A model generated the notes under the pieces. It worked only from the letters and a program-made list of their open reading frames with translations, was not told the origin of the DNA and ran no database searches. Positions 1 through 9,545 of a stretch of DNA of 64,000 bases are shown here, piece after piece. This DNA is from Candidatus Aenigmatarchaeota archaeon (lineage in GTDB: Archaea; Aenigmatarchaeota; Aenigmatarchaeia; QMZP01; QMZT01), in the NCBI GenBank assembly GCA_043808015.1, contig JAZDFI010000008.1:13271-77270 (forward strand), read 5' to 3'. Numbering within the stretch: position 1 is the first letter of the stretch; each line of letters begins with the position of its first letter. The translations under genes were made by a program, and so were the position numbers.

Positions 1-1251
1 ACAGAAGAGATAAAGAGCATAATCATGAGGATACGCGGCATGGACCCCGGGAAAAGCGATGTTATCCGGTACTACGTACAACGAGACATCATCGGCCTGG
101 GCAGGATAGAGCCGCTCATGAGGGACAAGAACATCGAGGAAGTATCGTGCGACGGCGATAAAATCCCGCTTTACATCTACCACAGGAACCCGCTTTTCGG
201 CTCGACCGTGACCAATATAGTTTTCGACGACGCTGACGTTCTGGACACGTTCGTCATGAAGATGTCGCAGAAATGCGGCAAGTCGATTTCCGTCGCGGAT
301 CCCATGATAGAAGGCTCGCTGCCGGACGGCTCGAGGGTCCACGCGACGCTGGGAACGGACATAGCCAGACGAGGTTCGAATTTCACGATACGCAAGTTCA
401 CCAAGACACCGCTCACTCCGATACACATGCTGGAATACGGCACGCTCGACTCGACACAGCTCGCATACCTTTGGCTCGCGATAGAGAACCGCAAGTCCAT
501 GCTAATCTCCGGTGGTACGGCATCGGGCAAGACGTCGCTTCTCAATGCGCTGTCGCTTTTCATCAGACCCAACATGAAGATAGTTTCGATAGAGGATACG
601 CCGGAGCTGAGCCTGCCGCACCCCCACTGGGTGCCGGAAGTCGCCAGAACTCCGATATCCGAGGGCAAGAAGACCGGCGAGGTCAGCCTTTTCGACCTGC
701 TCAAGTCGTCGTTAAGACAGCGACCGGACTACATAATAGTCGGCGAGGTGAGAGGCACGGAAGCGTACGTCCTGTTCCAGCAAATCGCTACAGGTCACGC
801 CGGGATAGCGACGATTCACGCGGCGAATCTGCAGCAGCTCGTAGACAGACTTACGACGCCTCCCATCAACCTGCCGTCGAGCCTTATACAAAATCTGGAC
901 ATCATAGTGTTCATAATGCAGGTCAAGTCGCGCGACCGCTACGTGCGCAGAGTCAACCAGATTCTCGAGGTCACGGGAGTCAAGGGCGACAAGCCCGTGA
1001 CAAGCGAGGTCTTCAAATGGAAGCCCATCGATGACAAGTTCGAGCTTTCCGAGAGGAGCACCATGCTGGAGCACATCGCCAGGTCGCTCGGCCTGACAGA
1101 AATTACGCTAAAGGAAGAGATGCGCACCAGGAAGATCATCCTAGAGTGGATGTGGGAAAAGCGCATGTTCGACTACAGGGACGTGTCTAAAATGATAACC
1201 GGCTACTATTCCAATCCTGAAAGGATAATCGGCCTCGTCGAGGGCATATGA
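1..1251 (+). CDS. Archaeal type IV pilus/archaellum assembly ATPase (FlaI/ArlI/TadA/VirB11 family), 5'-partial; the frame stays open to window position 1
   Basis: Walker A GGTASGKTSLLNAL and Walker B DYIIVGEVRG; ATIHA motif typical of secretion ATPases; no stop in frame upstream of the first Met. Confidence 0.8.
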   Translation, partial: TEEIKSIIMRIRGMDPGKSDVIRYYVQRDIIGLGRIEPLMRDKNIEEVSCDGDKIPLYIYHRNPLFGSTVTNIVFDDADVLDTFVMKMSQKCGKSISVADPMIEGSLPDGSRVHATLGTDIARRGSNFTIRKFTKTPLTPIHMLEYGTLDSTQLAYLWLAIENRKSMLISGGTASGKTSLLNALSLFIRPNMKIVSIEDTPELSLPHPHWVPEVARTPISEGKKTGEVSLFDLLKSSLRQRPDYIIVGEVRGTEAYVLFQQIATGHAGIATIHAANLQQLVDRLTTPPINLPSSLIQNLDIIVFIMQVKSRDRYVRRVNQILEVTGVKGDKPVTSEVFKWKPIDDKFELSERSTMLEHIARSLGLTEITLKEEMRTRKIILEWMWEKRMFDYRDVSKMITGYYSNPERIIGLVEGI

Positions 1252-1286
1252 GGTGCGACTAAGGCTGAGTTTTTCGTAATCCAGAC

Positions 1287-2156
1287 ATGCCTTGGCAAGG
1301 AAAATTTATGTTGGGAAGATTCGCATACAAACTTTTCGGGAGGGTAGTGGAATCATACGCCGAATATTTTGATTCTCTCAGCCTGCAGCTGAAGCAGGCC
1401 AAGATGAAATACCCGGTCGAGGAATACGTTTCGCTGCTGATGCTGGCGTCGCTCATAACCTTCGCGGCAGTTATAATGGCTGGCTCGTTCTACATTACCA
1501 TAACAACGGCCCGCGCTTTCTACTCGTACACGTTCTCCATCATAATCTCCTGCGTTGCGGCAGTCGGCGTGTTCTTCCTGGGCATGTATTATCCGACCAT
1601 GAAGGCGAAGGGCATACAGAGCGAAATAAACAAGTCCATTCCATTCGCCACGATTTACATGGCGACAGTCGCGTCTGCAGACACGAATGCGGCGCAGCTG
1701 TTCAAGATAGCTTCGCTCAGGGGCGGCCACATAGGCAAGGAGTGCGAAAAAATCTACCGCGACATACACATGCTCGGCATGGATGTTTCGACCGCGATAA
1801 CGAAGGCTGCGAACCGCACGCCGTCAGCGAAGTTCTCCGAGATGTTGTGGGGCATGCTTTCCGTGATAAAGCGCGGAGGCGACCTGGGCGAATACCTCGC
1901 GGACAAGTCCAAGGAATACATGAACGATTACAGGCGCTCGCTGGAAGACTATTCGAAGCAGATAAGTTTCTATACTGAGATTTACATAACGCTCATAATC
2001 GTGGGCACGCTGTTCTTCATCGTGCTCTCGTCGATAATGTCGCCGCTCGTGGGTGGCGATATACTCATGGTGCAGACGTTCCTGGTGTTCTTCTTCATAC
2101 CGCTCATATCCGCGGGATTCCTGGTATTGATGAAGAGCCTTTCACCTTCGAATTGA
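1287..2156 (+). CDS. Polytopic membrane protein, TadC/FlaJ-like platform protein (T2SS-F-like), half-size
   Basis: Immediately downstream of the secretion ATPase; multiple hydrophobic helices flank a cytoplasmic helical domain typical of TadB/TadC/FlaJ. Confidence 0.5.
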   Translation: MPWQGKFMLGRFAYKLFGRVVESYAEYFDSLSLQLKQAKMKYPVEEYVSLLMLASLITFAAVIMAGSFYITITTARAFYSYTFSIIISCVAAVGVFFLGMYYPTMKAKGIQSEINKSIPFATIYMATVASADTNAAQLFKIASLRGGHIGKECEKIYRDIHMLGMDVSTAITKAANRTPSAKFSEMLWGMLSVIKRGGDLGEYLADKSKEYMNDYRRSLEDYSKQISFYTEIYITLIIVGTLFFIVLSSIMSPLVGGDILMVQTFLVFFFIPLISAGFLVLMKSLSPSN

Positions 2157-2175
2157 AGGAAAATAGAGTGAACAT

Positions 2176-3102
2176 ATGGACAAGGAAAGGAGAGTGCTAC
2201 TGGTTTCGATGATAATAGCTGTCGTGCTGGTCAGCGTTTTCGCCGTCCTTACCCAGGATGTCGGCATCATAGTTAACGTGAGCGTCATAGCGCTGTTCAT
2301 AGTCATCACTCCGCTTTTCCTGATAAAATACACGGAATTACTCTGGTTAAAATCGATAGAGAAAGAGTTCCCTGCATTCATCCGCGACCTCGCAGGCTTA
2401 AAGCGCTCCGGCATCACGCTTTCCGAAGCGATAAAGATGACGACGAAGAACAACTATGGCAAGCTCACGCCTGAAATCCAGAAGTTCTCCAACCGCTTGT
2501 CCTGGGGCGTGCATTTCATCAGGGCGCTTGAAATTTTCGGCAAGCGCTTCCGCGCCTCGAAGCTCGTAACGGAGATACTGAGCATCGTAAGAGAAGCGTA
2601 TGTCTCGGGCGCCAACATATCGGTCACTCTCGATTCGCTTTCCAGGGATATGGTCACGCTCAAGGAGATCGATGAAGAGCGCAAGTCAGTCGTTCGCCAG
2701 CACGTCATGATAATGTACGGCATATTCTTCATGTTTGTCGCGATATCCATTTCCATAATCTACGTCCTCGTGCCCATGATGAGCCAGACGCAGCAGACGT
2801 CTGTAGCGAATTCGCCGTTAGTCATGTCCTTCGCCGACCCGTGCCAGAGGATGAACATCCCGTTCCCGTGCGCGTATTTCGGCGTGGTCTGCGAGTCGTT
2901 CTCAGTAAACCAAGGAGTGGGCTGCTATTACTTCTCGCTGTTCTTCACCGTGCTTGTCATACAGGCGATATTCATGGGCCTGATATCAGGGCAGCTCGGT
3001 GAGAATTCGATCGTCGCTGGCGTCAAGCACTCGCTCATAATGCTCGCTTCCGTGTTCATGATATTCATGTTCGTGGTCAGGAGCGGGCTGCTGCCGGTTT
3101 GA
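2176..3102 (+). CDS. Second TadC/FlaJ-like polytopic membrane protein
   Basis: N-terminal TM helix, then a soluble helical domain (LAGLKRSGITLSEAIKM...), then C-terminal TM helices; operonic with the ATPase. Confidence 0.5.
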   Translation: MDKERRVLLVSMIIAVVLVSVFAVLTQDVGIIVNVSVIALFIVITPLFLIKYTELLWLKSIEKEFPAFIRDLAGLKRSGITLSEAIKMTTKNNYGKLTPEIQKFSNRLSWGVHFIRALEIFGKRFRASKLVTEILSIVREAYVSGANISVTLDSLSRDMVTLKEIDEERKSVVRQHVMIMYGIFFMFVAISISIIYVLVPMMSQTQQTSVANSPLVMSFADPCQRMNIPFPCAYFGVVCESFSVNQGVGCYYFSLFFTVLVIQAIFMGLISGQLGENSIVAGVKHSLIMLASVFMIFMFVVRSGLLPV

Positions 3103-3154
3103 TTCTGCAATATTTCCAGGCTAAATATTTTAAGAATACAAGCCAATAAAGAGT

Positions 3155-4009
3155 ATGGACTTCATCAGCGAATACTTCCTGAACCCCATTCTATCGAACG
3201 GCTGGTTCAACCCCGTCAATTCACTGGTTTATGGAATTATTCTTGTCGTGGCTGTATATTTTGTTTTCAAGCTCCTGAAGCGCATGCGCGTACGCATAGA
3301 CCGGCATTTCCTGTATGCGATAACGCCGTTCATCTTATGGGCGGCCATAACGCGCGTGCTTCACGACGCCGCGTTCGCTGGTGCGCTCAAAGGCGATATA
3401 GGCGATTTCTTCTCGATGCCGGTATTCCCGACGCCGGGCTCGTATTTCATCACGTTTACGCTCGCACTAGGAGTTTTAGTCATCTCTTTAGGCATACAGA
3501 AATATGCGAAAGCGATTCCGTACTGGAAATCCATGGCCGGGATTGGCGTGGCGCTATCGGCTATCGAATTAGCCATTATGCCAAAATTCGATATCATTCC
3601 AGTGGGCATGATTCTGGGCATCACTGGCCTATGGACTCTGCTGTTCTTCCTGTTCCACAAGTTTTCTGTTTCCTTGCAAAAAAAATCCATGCTGAAAACG
3701 CTTAAGCAGATTTTCACACTCGACAACTCGGCCATACTTTCGGCCCACATGCTCGATGCCAGCGCGACTTTCGTCGCCCTCGCGTTTTTCGGTTACGCCG
3801 AGCAGCATCCGCTGCCGCGCACGCTTATCGAGTTCTCCAACCCCGCGGCCATGTTCCTGCTCAAGCTCGTCGTGCTGATACCTGTTTTATACATAATCGA
3901 CCGTCACGCAGAGAAGGGCGAGTTCAAGAACTTCCTGAAGATAGTCATCTTCATACTAGGGCTCGCGCCAGGCCTGCGCGACATGATAAGGCTGATGGCA
4001 GGCGTCTAA
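3155..4009 (+). CDS. Polytopic membrane protein of unknown function (possibly DUF63-like archaeal family)
   Basis: About 8 predicted TM helices; last gene of the + strand cluster; the family label rests on memory only. Confidence 0.5.
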   Translation: MDFISEYFLNPILSNGWFNPVNSLVYGIILVVAVYFVFKLLKRMRVRIDRHFLYAITPFILWAAITRVLHDAAFAGALKGDIGDFFSMPVFPTPGSYFITFTLALGVLVISLGIQKYAKAIPYWKSMAGIGVALSAIELAIMPKFDIIPVGMILGITGLWTLLFFLFHKFSVSLQKKSMLKTLKQIFTLDNSAILSAHMLDASATFVALAFFGYAEQHPLPRTLIEFSNPAAMFLLKLVVLIPVLYIIDRHAEKGEFKNFLKIVIFILGLAPGLRDMIRLMAGV

Positions 4010-4014
4010 CGATT

Positions 4015-7000
4015 TCAAGAATCAGAACCAGATTCTGCAGTGTATTGCGCCAATTCCTTCGGCCAGCATATATCATTGAATGTTATCAGCGTGTCCTTGG
4101 TGTCCTTCTTGGTGAAGCTGTACGTCGCACTCGCTGTTATAGTGTATGTCTTTTTCGGAACTTCTAACCTGCTGATACCGTTGTAGCTGCATACGCCGTC
4201 ATTTGAAAAGCCCAGCTCAAAAATATAGGCGGAAACGTTCGCGTCTTTATTGTTCAGATCAAATTTGAAACTTCTCGTGCACGTAGGTTCGCCCAAATCC
4301 TTGGTTACGTTTAAGGACACTTTGGCATTGCTTACCGCAGTGTTTTTCGGATCCCAAGTGGTTGAAAGATTGAAACCGATATAGAATCCTGTGCTTGCCT
4401 TTATTGGCTGGTCCATTGAACCGAGATTGAGGTTGGCAGGCGAAGTTGAAAGCAGAGAAGGCTTCTGCGCTCTTACAAGCTTGTCTTCTGATGAGAGCCT
4501 CTTCCATTCCTGGTCTGAAATGAAATCTATCTGCAGATTCGACGTCGACTCGTATTCGTAAGTCACGTTAATCATGAAAGGTATGTATTTCTCCCTCACC
4601 GTATGCTCTTGGCCGCCGATAAATCCGAAATCGTTCCACGCAGTGCTTCTGAAGTCTTCGCATTCCAGTTTACCGTAAAGTAGGATTGGGATGGTTTCTT
4701 TCATTTCTATATCTTCTATATTTATTCCCATAGCCTGGTTGATGTAATTTTTATCCATTGTGAACCTGTACCATTGTTCATTGGTCTTCTCGTTCTTGGG
4801 CAGCTTTTCCATTTTGTTTGTTGGGACGGTATTATGTCCAATCTTGAAATCCCTTATAGTCGTTAGTAAATCAATTCTGACGTTCTTTGCGTGGAATTGT
4901 CCCTTGTTCTCCAGCTCCATTTCTATCAAGAAAGGCTCCCCGAGATATATTGGATGGACGTCAAACTTCCTTATCTCCAGGCCGTACGCCCCTGATATTC
5001 CCATCTCGTTTTGCGCGTATTGGCCATTCGTTATCTGTTGAGCATACCCGACCGGGTTGGTGAACAGCATCCATCCCTGGCCGAACGTGTTCTGGAACTG
5101 ACCGAACATGTCGCCCATCGGCTTGAAGAAGTCATTTACGCCATTGTGGACTGACGGCCACCACTCGCCGAAGAAGGCCACGCCCACCGACTGCTGGCCG
5201 GAGCCAAGGCCGAAAATCACGAAACCTATCACGAGTATTATTACACCCATCCATGGCCTCGTCTCTGCCGGGGTTGTGAGCCCGGCTACAAGACCGAGAA
5301 TCCAAACGGCACTGAATACTATGCCGCCTGTTCCGGAGAAGAAGCCGCCAGCTAGGTTGAAGCCACCTATGACGGCAAAAATTACCATTATCGCAACGAA
5401 TACGACTTTGTCTATCATGTCGTAGCTTGCCCCTGACGCATTGCCTATTTTACCCAGAGCCTTTGCCAGGTTGTTCTTTTCTGTTGCGACAGGCAAAACG
5501 ACGAAGAAGGCCAACGTCAGCCAGCCAAGCTCTTTCGACTGGAATATGCCTCCGCCCAAAACGCCGAATATGAAAAAGGCTATGAAAAGTGCCAGCAGAA
5601 CCCTAACGAATGAAAGGATGAAGTCGTATGGCTTTGATGGTTCGAACTCTATCGGCATCTTGAAGTAAAAGCCGAACGCAAGGAACAGCAGCAGAAGATT
5701 GGAGCCCGGGAACTGCTGCGAATAAAGGCCGCCGATGAAGCACACCACGATGCCTGCCATCGCAACGGCTTTCAGAAAAGCTATGCCAGTGTTCGTTCTG
5801 TTTTCCGTATTAGTGAAAAGGCTGCCGAAAGTAGTGAATTCCTCGGCGTCGAGCTTGTTTTCCTTTGGGTTTGGAAGTATCATGTGGAAGCCCCAGAAAA
5901 TGAATCCGATAAGATACCATATGTTGCTTGTGTAAGCCGATATGGCAATTCCAATTATGACCAGAACCAGCGAAGAAATTATGTGATTGACGCCGTGACC
6001 AGTCTTCCTGGAAAAATCCGAGATGAGTCTGGAGCCTTTCGTCGCCTTTCCCAATGCTCGACCAGGACCCTTTTCTAAAATCGTGCTATCTGGCCTTTCG
6101 CCCTTACCGTCTAGATAATCTTTTATTTGCTCTTCTCTTGACCTGTTTTTTTCTTTTGCCTGTCCTTCTACCGACCGATTTTTTATTTCCAGTTTTATTA
6201 CGTCGGGGTCTGTCGGGCTGACTTCACCAGCGCTTACGACCACGCTTGCCGTTGCACTCACTTCCCTTACCTGCGTTGAAAATTCATCGGTGTATTCCTT
6301 CGTCACAGATACTTTGTATGACTTTACGCGCACTGCCGGCTGCCATGGTATCCTGCCGGCAGGAATGTCGGGAATGAAAAACTTGCCGTTCTTGCCGGAT
6401 GTGCCTTTATAATGCGTGCCGTTGACATCAATCAAGATTATTGCACCATCAACAGGAGAGCCGTGCAGGTCGGATATAATTCCGGTAGCAGCCCCGACTG
6501 CTTTGTCCGGGTCAGCCTGTTTGTTCCCTTCATGATTATGATAATGTAATTCTACATCTACAGGGTTGTCATGCACGTCAACATTGGTATTTCTATTTTT
6601 AGTGTTGTGAGTAGTGGTTTGTGTGCTACGCTGGTAGTTCTGATAGTTGAAATTAAATCCACCCTTGCCTTTTCCTCCGCCACCGCCTCCCCCACCGGAA
6701 CCGTCGAATTTTTTCGTTTTGACTTCTTTGAGCTCTTTTTTTAGCAGGAAATGACAGCCTTCTATGGCATAATGCGGATTGAAACCAGCGTTTGCCAGAG
6801 ACTTATTAATATCGATAGCTTTCGCATCTCCGGATTGAATATATGTGGGAATATCCTGAAGGTATCTCATAAGATCGTTGTATCTGGCTATTTTTTCCTT
6901 TGTGCCCATTCCCACCCATTGAACACCCGGAAAAAATATGTCCCTTGCGATTCTCAGCGCCTGCATATCCCTTCGTACTAAAGAAACTTCGTCCGGGTTT

Positions 7001-7053
7001 AAATCTGGCCCTTTCTTGCCTCTGCCTGTTAATCTGAACCTTTCAAGCACCAT
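4015..7053 (-). CDS. Large (1012 aa) multi-domain membrane protein. N-terminal soluble region has a poly-Gly/Lys tract and His/Asn-rich linker. A carboxypeptidase-regulatory-like beta-sandwich segment follows, then about 8-10 TM helices and a large C-terminal extracytoplasmic domain
   Basis: Long uninterrupted ORF; GGGGGGGGKGKGG tract; GSPVDGAIILIDVNGTHYKGTSGKNGKFFIPDIPAG resembles CarboxypepD_reg; hydrophobic core block; Asn/Thr-rich C-terminus. Confidence 0.7.
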   Translation of the reverse strand: MVLERFRLTGRGKKGPDLNPDEVSLVRRDMQALRIARDIFFPGVQWVGMGTKEKIARYNDLMRYLQDIPTYIQSGDAKAIDINKSLANAGFNPHYAIEGCHFLLKKELKEVKTKKFDGSGGGGGGGGKGKGGFNFNYQNYQRSTQTTTHNTKNRNTNVDVHDNPVDVELHYHNHEGNKQADPDKAVGAATGIISDLHGSPVDGAIILIDVNGTHYKGTSGKNGKFFIPDIPAGRIPWQPAVRVKSYKVSVTKEYTDEFSTQVREVSATASVVVSAGEVSPTDPDVIKLEIKNRSVEGQAKEKNRSREEQIKDYLDGKGERPDSTILEKGPGRALGKATKGSRLISDFSRKTGHGVNHIISSLVLVIIGIAISAYTSNIWYLIGFIFWGFHMILPNPKENKLDAEEFTTFGSLFTNTENRTNTGIAFLKAVAMAGIVVCFIGGLYSQQFPGSNLLLLFLAFGFYFKMPIEFEPSKPYDFILSFVRVLLALFIAFFIFGVLGGGIFQSKELGWLTLAFFVVLPVATEKNNLAKALGKIGNASGASYDMIDKVVFVAIMVIFAVIGGFNLAGGFFSGTGGIVFSAVWILGLVAGLTTPAETRPWMGVIILVIGFVIFGLGSGQQSVGVAFFGEWWPSVHNGVNDFFKPMGDMFGQFQNTFGQGWMLFTNPVGYAQQITNGQYAQNEMGISGAYGLEIRKFDVHPIYLGEPFLIEMELENKGQFHAKNVRIDLLTTIRDFKIGHNTVPTNKMEKLPKNEKTNEQWYRFTMDKNYINQAMGINIEDIEMKETIPILLYGKLECEDFRSTAWNDFGFIGGQEHTVREKYIPFMINVTYEYESTSNLQIDFISDQEWKRLSSEDKLVRAQKPSLLSTSPANLNLGSMDQPIKASTGFYIGFNLSTTWDPKNTAVSNAKVSLNVTKDLGEPTCTRSFKFDLNNKDANVSAYIFELGFSNDGVCSYNGISRLEVPKKTYTITASATYSFTKKDTKDTLITFNDICWPKELAQYTAESGSDS

Positions 7054-7125
7054 GTCGACCTGATAATAATTAATTAGGAATGTATAAATTTGTATAAAAA
7101 GAGAAAAGCGGTTCTAGCGACTACT

Positions 7126-7557
7126 TTACTTGCCGAACCAGAGCTTGAGCTCGGCTTTCGCTTCATCGGGCGTGCCGGAGGCGTGAATGAGATTGTAGAT
7201 GGAGCGGTGCTCTTTGTCGGCCTTCTCGCACGAGTCGTCGCCCAGATCGCCTCGTATCGTGCCCTTGTCGGCCTTGCTGGGGTCGGTAGCGCCGACTATT
7301 CGCCTCACGTGCGCGACCGCGTCCTTCCCTTCGAGCACCATAGCGACGACCTGCCGGTTGGCCAGGTATTTGATGAGCAGCTCAAAGAACGGCTTCCCCT
7401 TGTGCATGGCGTAATGCGTCTCAACAAAATCGCTGGTCGGCGCGACCATCTTCATGTTTCGCACTTTCAGGCCGCCGTCTTCAAAGCGCCTTATTATCTC
7501 GCCGATCAGGTTTCTGTCGACTCCGTCGGGCTTTATCAGGACTAGCGTTTTCTCCAT
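7126..7557 (-). CDS. ndk: Nucleoside diphosphate kinase
   Basis: MEKTLVLIKPDGV...NLIHASG with active-site His context; the ORF-track start is probably a 6-codon upstream extension. Confidence 0.9.
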   Translation of the reverse strand: MEKTLVLIKPDGVDRNLIGEIIRRFEDGGLKVRNMKMVAPTSDFVETHYAMHKGKPFFELLIKYLANRQVVAMVLEGKDAVAHVRRIVGATDPSKADKGTIRGDLGDDSCEKADKEHRSIYNLIHASGTPDEAKAELKLWFGK

Positions 7558-7561
7558 AAAA

Positions 7562-8212
7562 TCACTCCTCAGCAAGCTTGTTTTTCTTCATGTAAGCATC
7601 AACCGATTTCAACATCCTGCGCGACACGTCTTCGATGCCGCCCACGGCGTCAACCTCTATTAGCACGCCTTTCTTCGTGTAGAAATCCACAAGCGGCTTC
7701 GTCGCCTTTTCATACACTTTCAGGCGCTTTTTGACCACGTCGTTTTTCTGATCCTCGCGGACGTAAAGTGCGCCTTTGCATTTGTCGCACATGCCGCTCT
7801 TCTTCGGCTTCGCGAACTTGTGGTGGTATATTTCCCCGCAATATCCGCATGTCAGGCGGCCTGTCATCCTTTCCAGGATGTTCCTGTTCGGCGCGACGAA
7901 GTTGATGACCATATCGATAGCGGCCGTCTTTTCGAGTTCTTTGGCCTGCACCAGCGTCCTGGGGAAGCCGTCGAGAATGAACCTCTTCCGCCCCTTGATG
8001 GCTTTCTTCATTATTTCCATAACTAAAGCGTCCGGCACCAGCTCGCCGCGGTCCATGTAAGCCTTCGCCTTTCTGCCTATTGCCGTGCCTTTCTTTGATT
8101 CGTTGCGCAGCATCTCGCCCGTGCATATGTTGGGTATCTTCATTCTGGTTGAAAGTATGCTGCACTGGGTTCCTTTGCCTATGCCCGGCGGGCCAAGGAG
8201 AATTATTTTCAT
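7562..8212 (-). CDS. adk: Adenylate kinase, archaeal type with Zn-finger lid
   Basis: MKIILLGPPGIGKGTQ P-loop; CGYCGEIYH...CDKC zinc knuckle. Confidence 0.9.
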   Translation of the reverse strand: MKIILLGPPGIGKGTQCSILSTRMKIPNICTGEMLRNESKKGTAIGRKAKAYMDRGELVPDALVMEIMKKAIKGRKRFILDGFPRTLVQAKELEKTAAIDMVINFVAPNRNILERMTGRLTCGYCGEIYHHKFAKPKKSGMCDKCKGALYVREDQKNDVVKKRLKVYEKATKPLVDFYTKKGVLIEVDAVGGIEDVSRRMLKSVDAYMKKNKLAEE

Positions 8213-8404
8213 GAATGTTCCTCTAGCTAGGATTATTATTCTTCAAAACGCATGCTTAAAACCTTTTCGCTACGCTCTCGTTTCTATCCCTTTCCTTATG
8301 CTCTTTATGAAATCCTCTGGCTTGACGTCGAACTTGACCTCCACTTTGGTCTGTAATGTCCTTGCTAACAACTTATTCATGTCTCCTATGACAATAATGT
8401 TACA

Positions 8405-9545
8405 ATGAGATTTAACATTCTGCAATATCTGCCTAAAGAAACAAAGATAATGATTGACAAAGATTTAGCGCAAATTCTATTTGCCAATAAAAAACTTTGC
8501 GAATTTTCCAGAGAATACGGAATCGGCTTAAAAAATATGAGCAGATACAGAAACTGCACCCGCTCGATTCCTATAAAATTATTTCAAAAAATAGCTCAAA
8601 ATTCTCCCATTAGAATGGAAGAATTCCAAGGAAAGATGCGAATTAAAATAAACAGAATGGGCAAGTATGTCAAAATAGGACCTGTTATAAACATTGATGA
8701 AAAGTGGGTATATATTTCGGAACTCATTAAAGGTGATGGTTATATCCCGTCTACTTACTGGTATATAGTTTTTGTTAATAAAAATGAAAATTTGATTAAT
8801 GTTGTCAAGAACTTTTTTTTTATCTTTGGGCTTGCCTGAAAAACAAATTGATATTCGAAGAAGATCAGATGCAACATTCCTTACAGTCAGATCATCTCCT
8901 ATTGCATACATCCTCAACGGAATACTTGGAGTGCCTGTTGGGAAGAAGGGCGAGATCGGTATCAAAAAGTTTGTTATGAATGATAAAATATTGTCGGTGG
9001 CGGCCGTTAGAGGGGCATTTGATGCGGAAGGTGCCGCTACATTCACCGGGTCGCGGAGGATATCCATAACGTCAAATAGTCAAACATGGCTCCTATATTT
9101 AAGTAAAATATTGAAGAATCTCGGTATAAAATCCACAATATATGAAGAACGGAAAGGTAGAAAAAAACCGATATATCGTTTGTTTGTGCAACATATTATT
9201 AACATTCGCAGGTTTTATGAAATAGTCCAACCTCAGCATACGCAAAGGAGTAGAAAACTTAGAGAAATCATTGAAACGTACAGCAAACCATATTTTGGTG
9301 TCGGGTATCTGAGGAAACCCATACTTCTTTCGATAAAATCAGGAAATACGAGAAGATCAAAAATAGCAGAAGACATATCACAAAATCCTATAACAGTTGG
9401 AAATAATATCAAATGGTTAAGAAAAAGAGGACTGATAAGGCCTTCAAAAATGGTTTATACGAACAATGGTGGCTTCTATGAATATATTTTGACAGAGATG
9501 GGGCTGAAATACCTAAGAGATGACACTCTCTCTTTTTTTGATTAG
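8405..9545 (+). pseudogene. HTH + double-motif LAGLIDADG homing-endonuclease-like gene, split by a +1 frameshift in a T9 homopolymer (8813-8821); either a pseudogene or a homopolymer sequencing error
   Basis: Motif 1 ISELIKGDGYI lies in frame A (8405-8839); motif 2 VAAVRGAFDAEGAA lies in frame B (8799-9545); removing one T joins ...NVVKNFF to LSLGLPEKQ; the region is visibly AT-rich relative to its flanks. Confidence 0.6.

Noticed and set aside
273-1034. 253-aa Arg/Gly-rich ORF on the + strand in a different frame inside the FlaI-like ATPase gene
   Set aside because: Out-of-frame shadow ORF of a GC-rich coding region, with low-complexity Arg/Gly/His composition. The overlapping frame has strong ATPase motifs
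6655-6700. GGn/poly-glycine-encoding repeat tract considered as a tandem-repeat or CRISPR-like element
   Set aside because: Short in-frame low-complexity coding tract within the 1012-aa ORF; no repeat-spacer periodicity
7710-8165. 151-aa minus-strand ORF inside adk in another frame
   Set aside because: Arg/Gly-rich shadow ORF; the adk frame carries the P-loop and Zn-lid motifs
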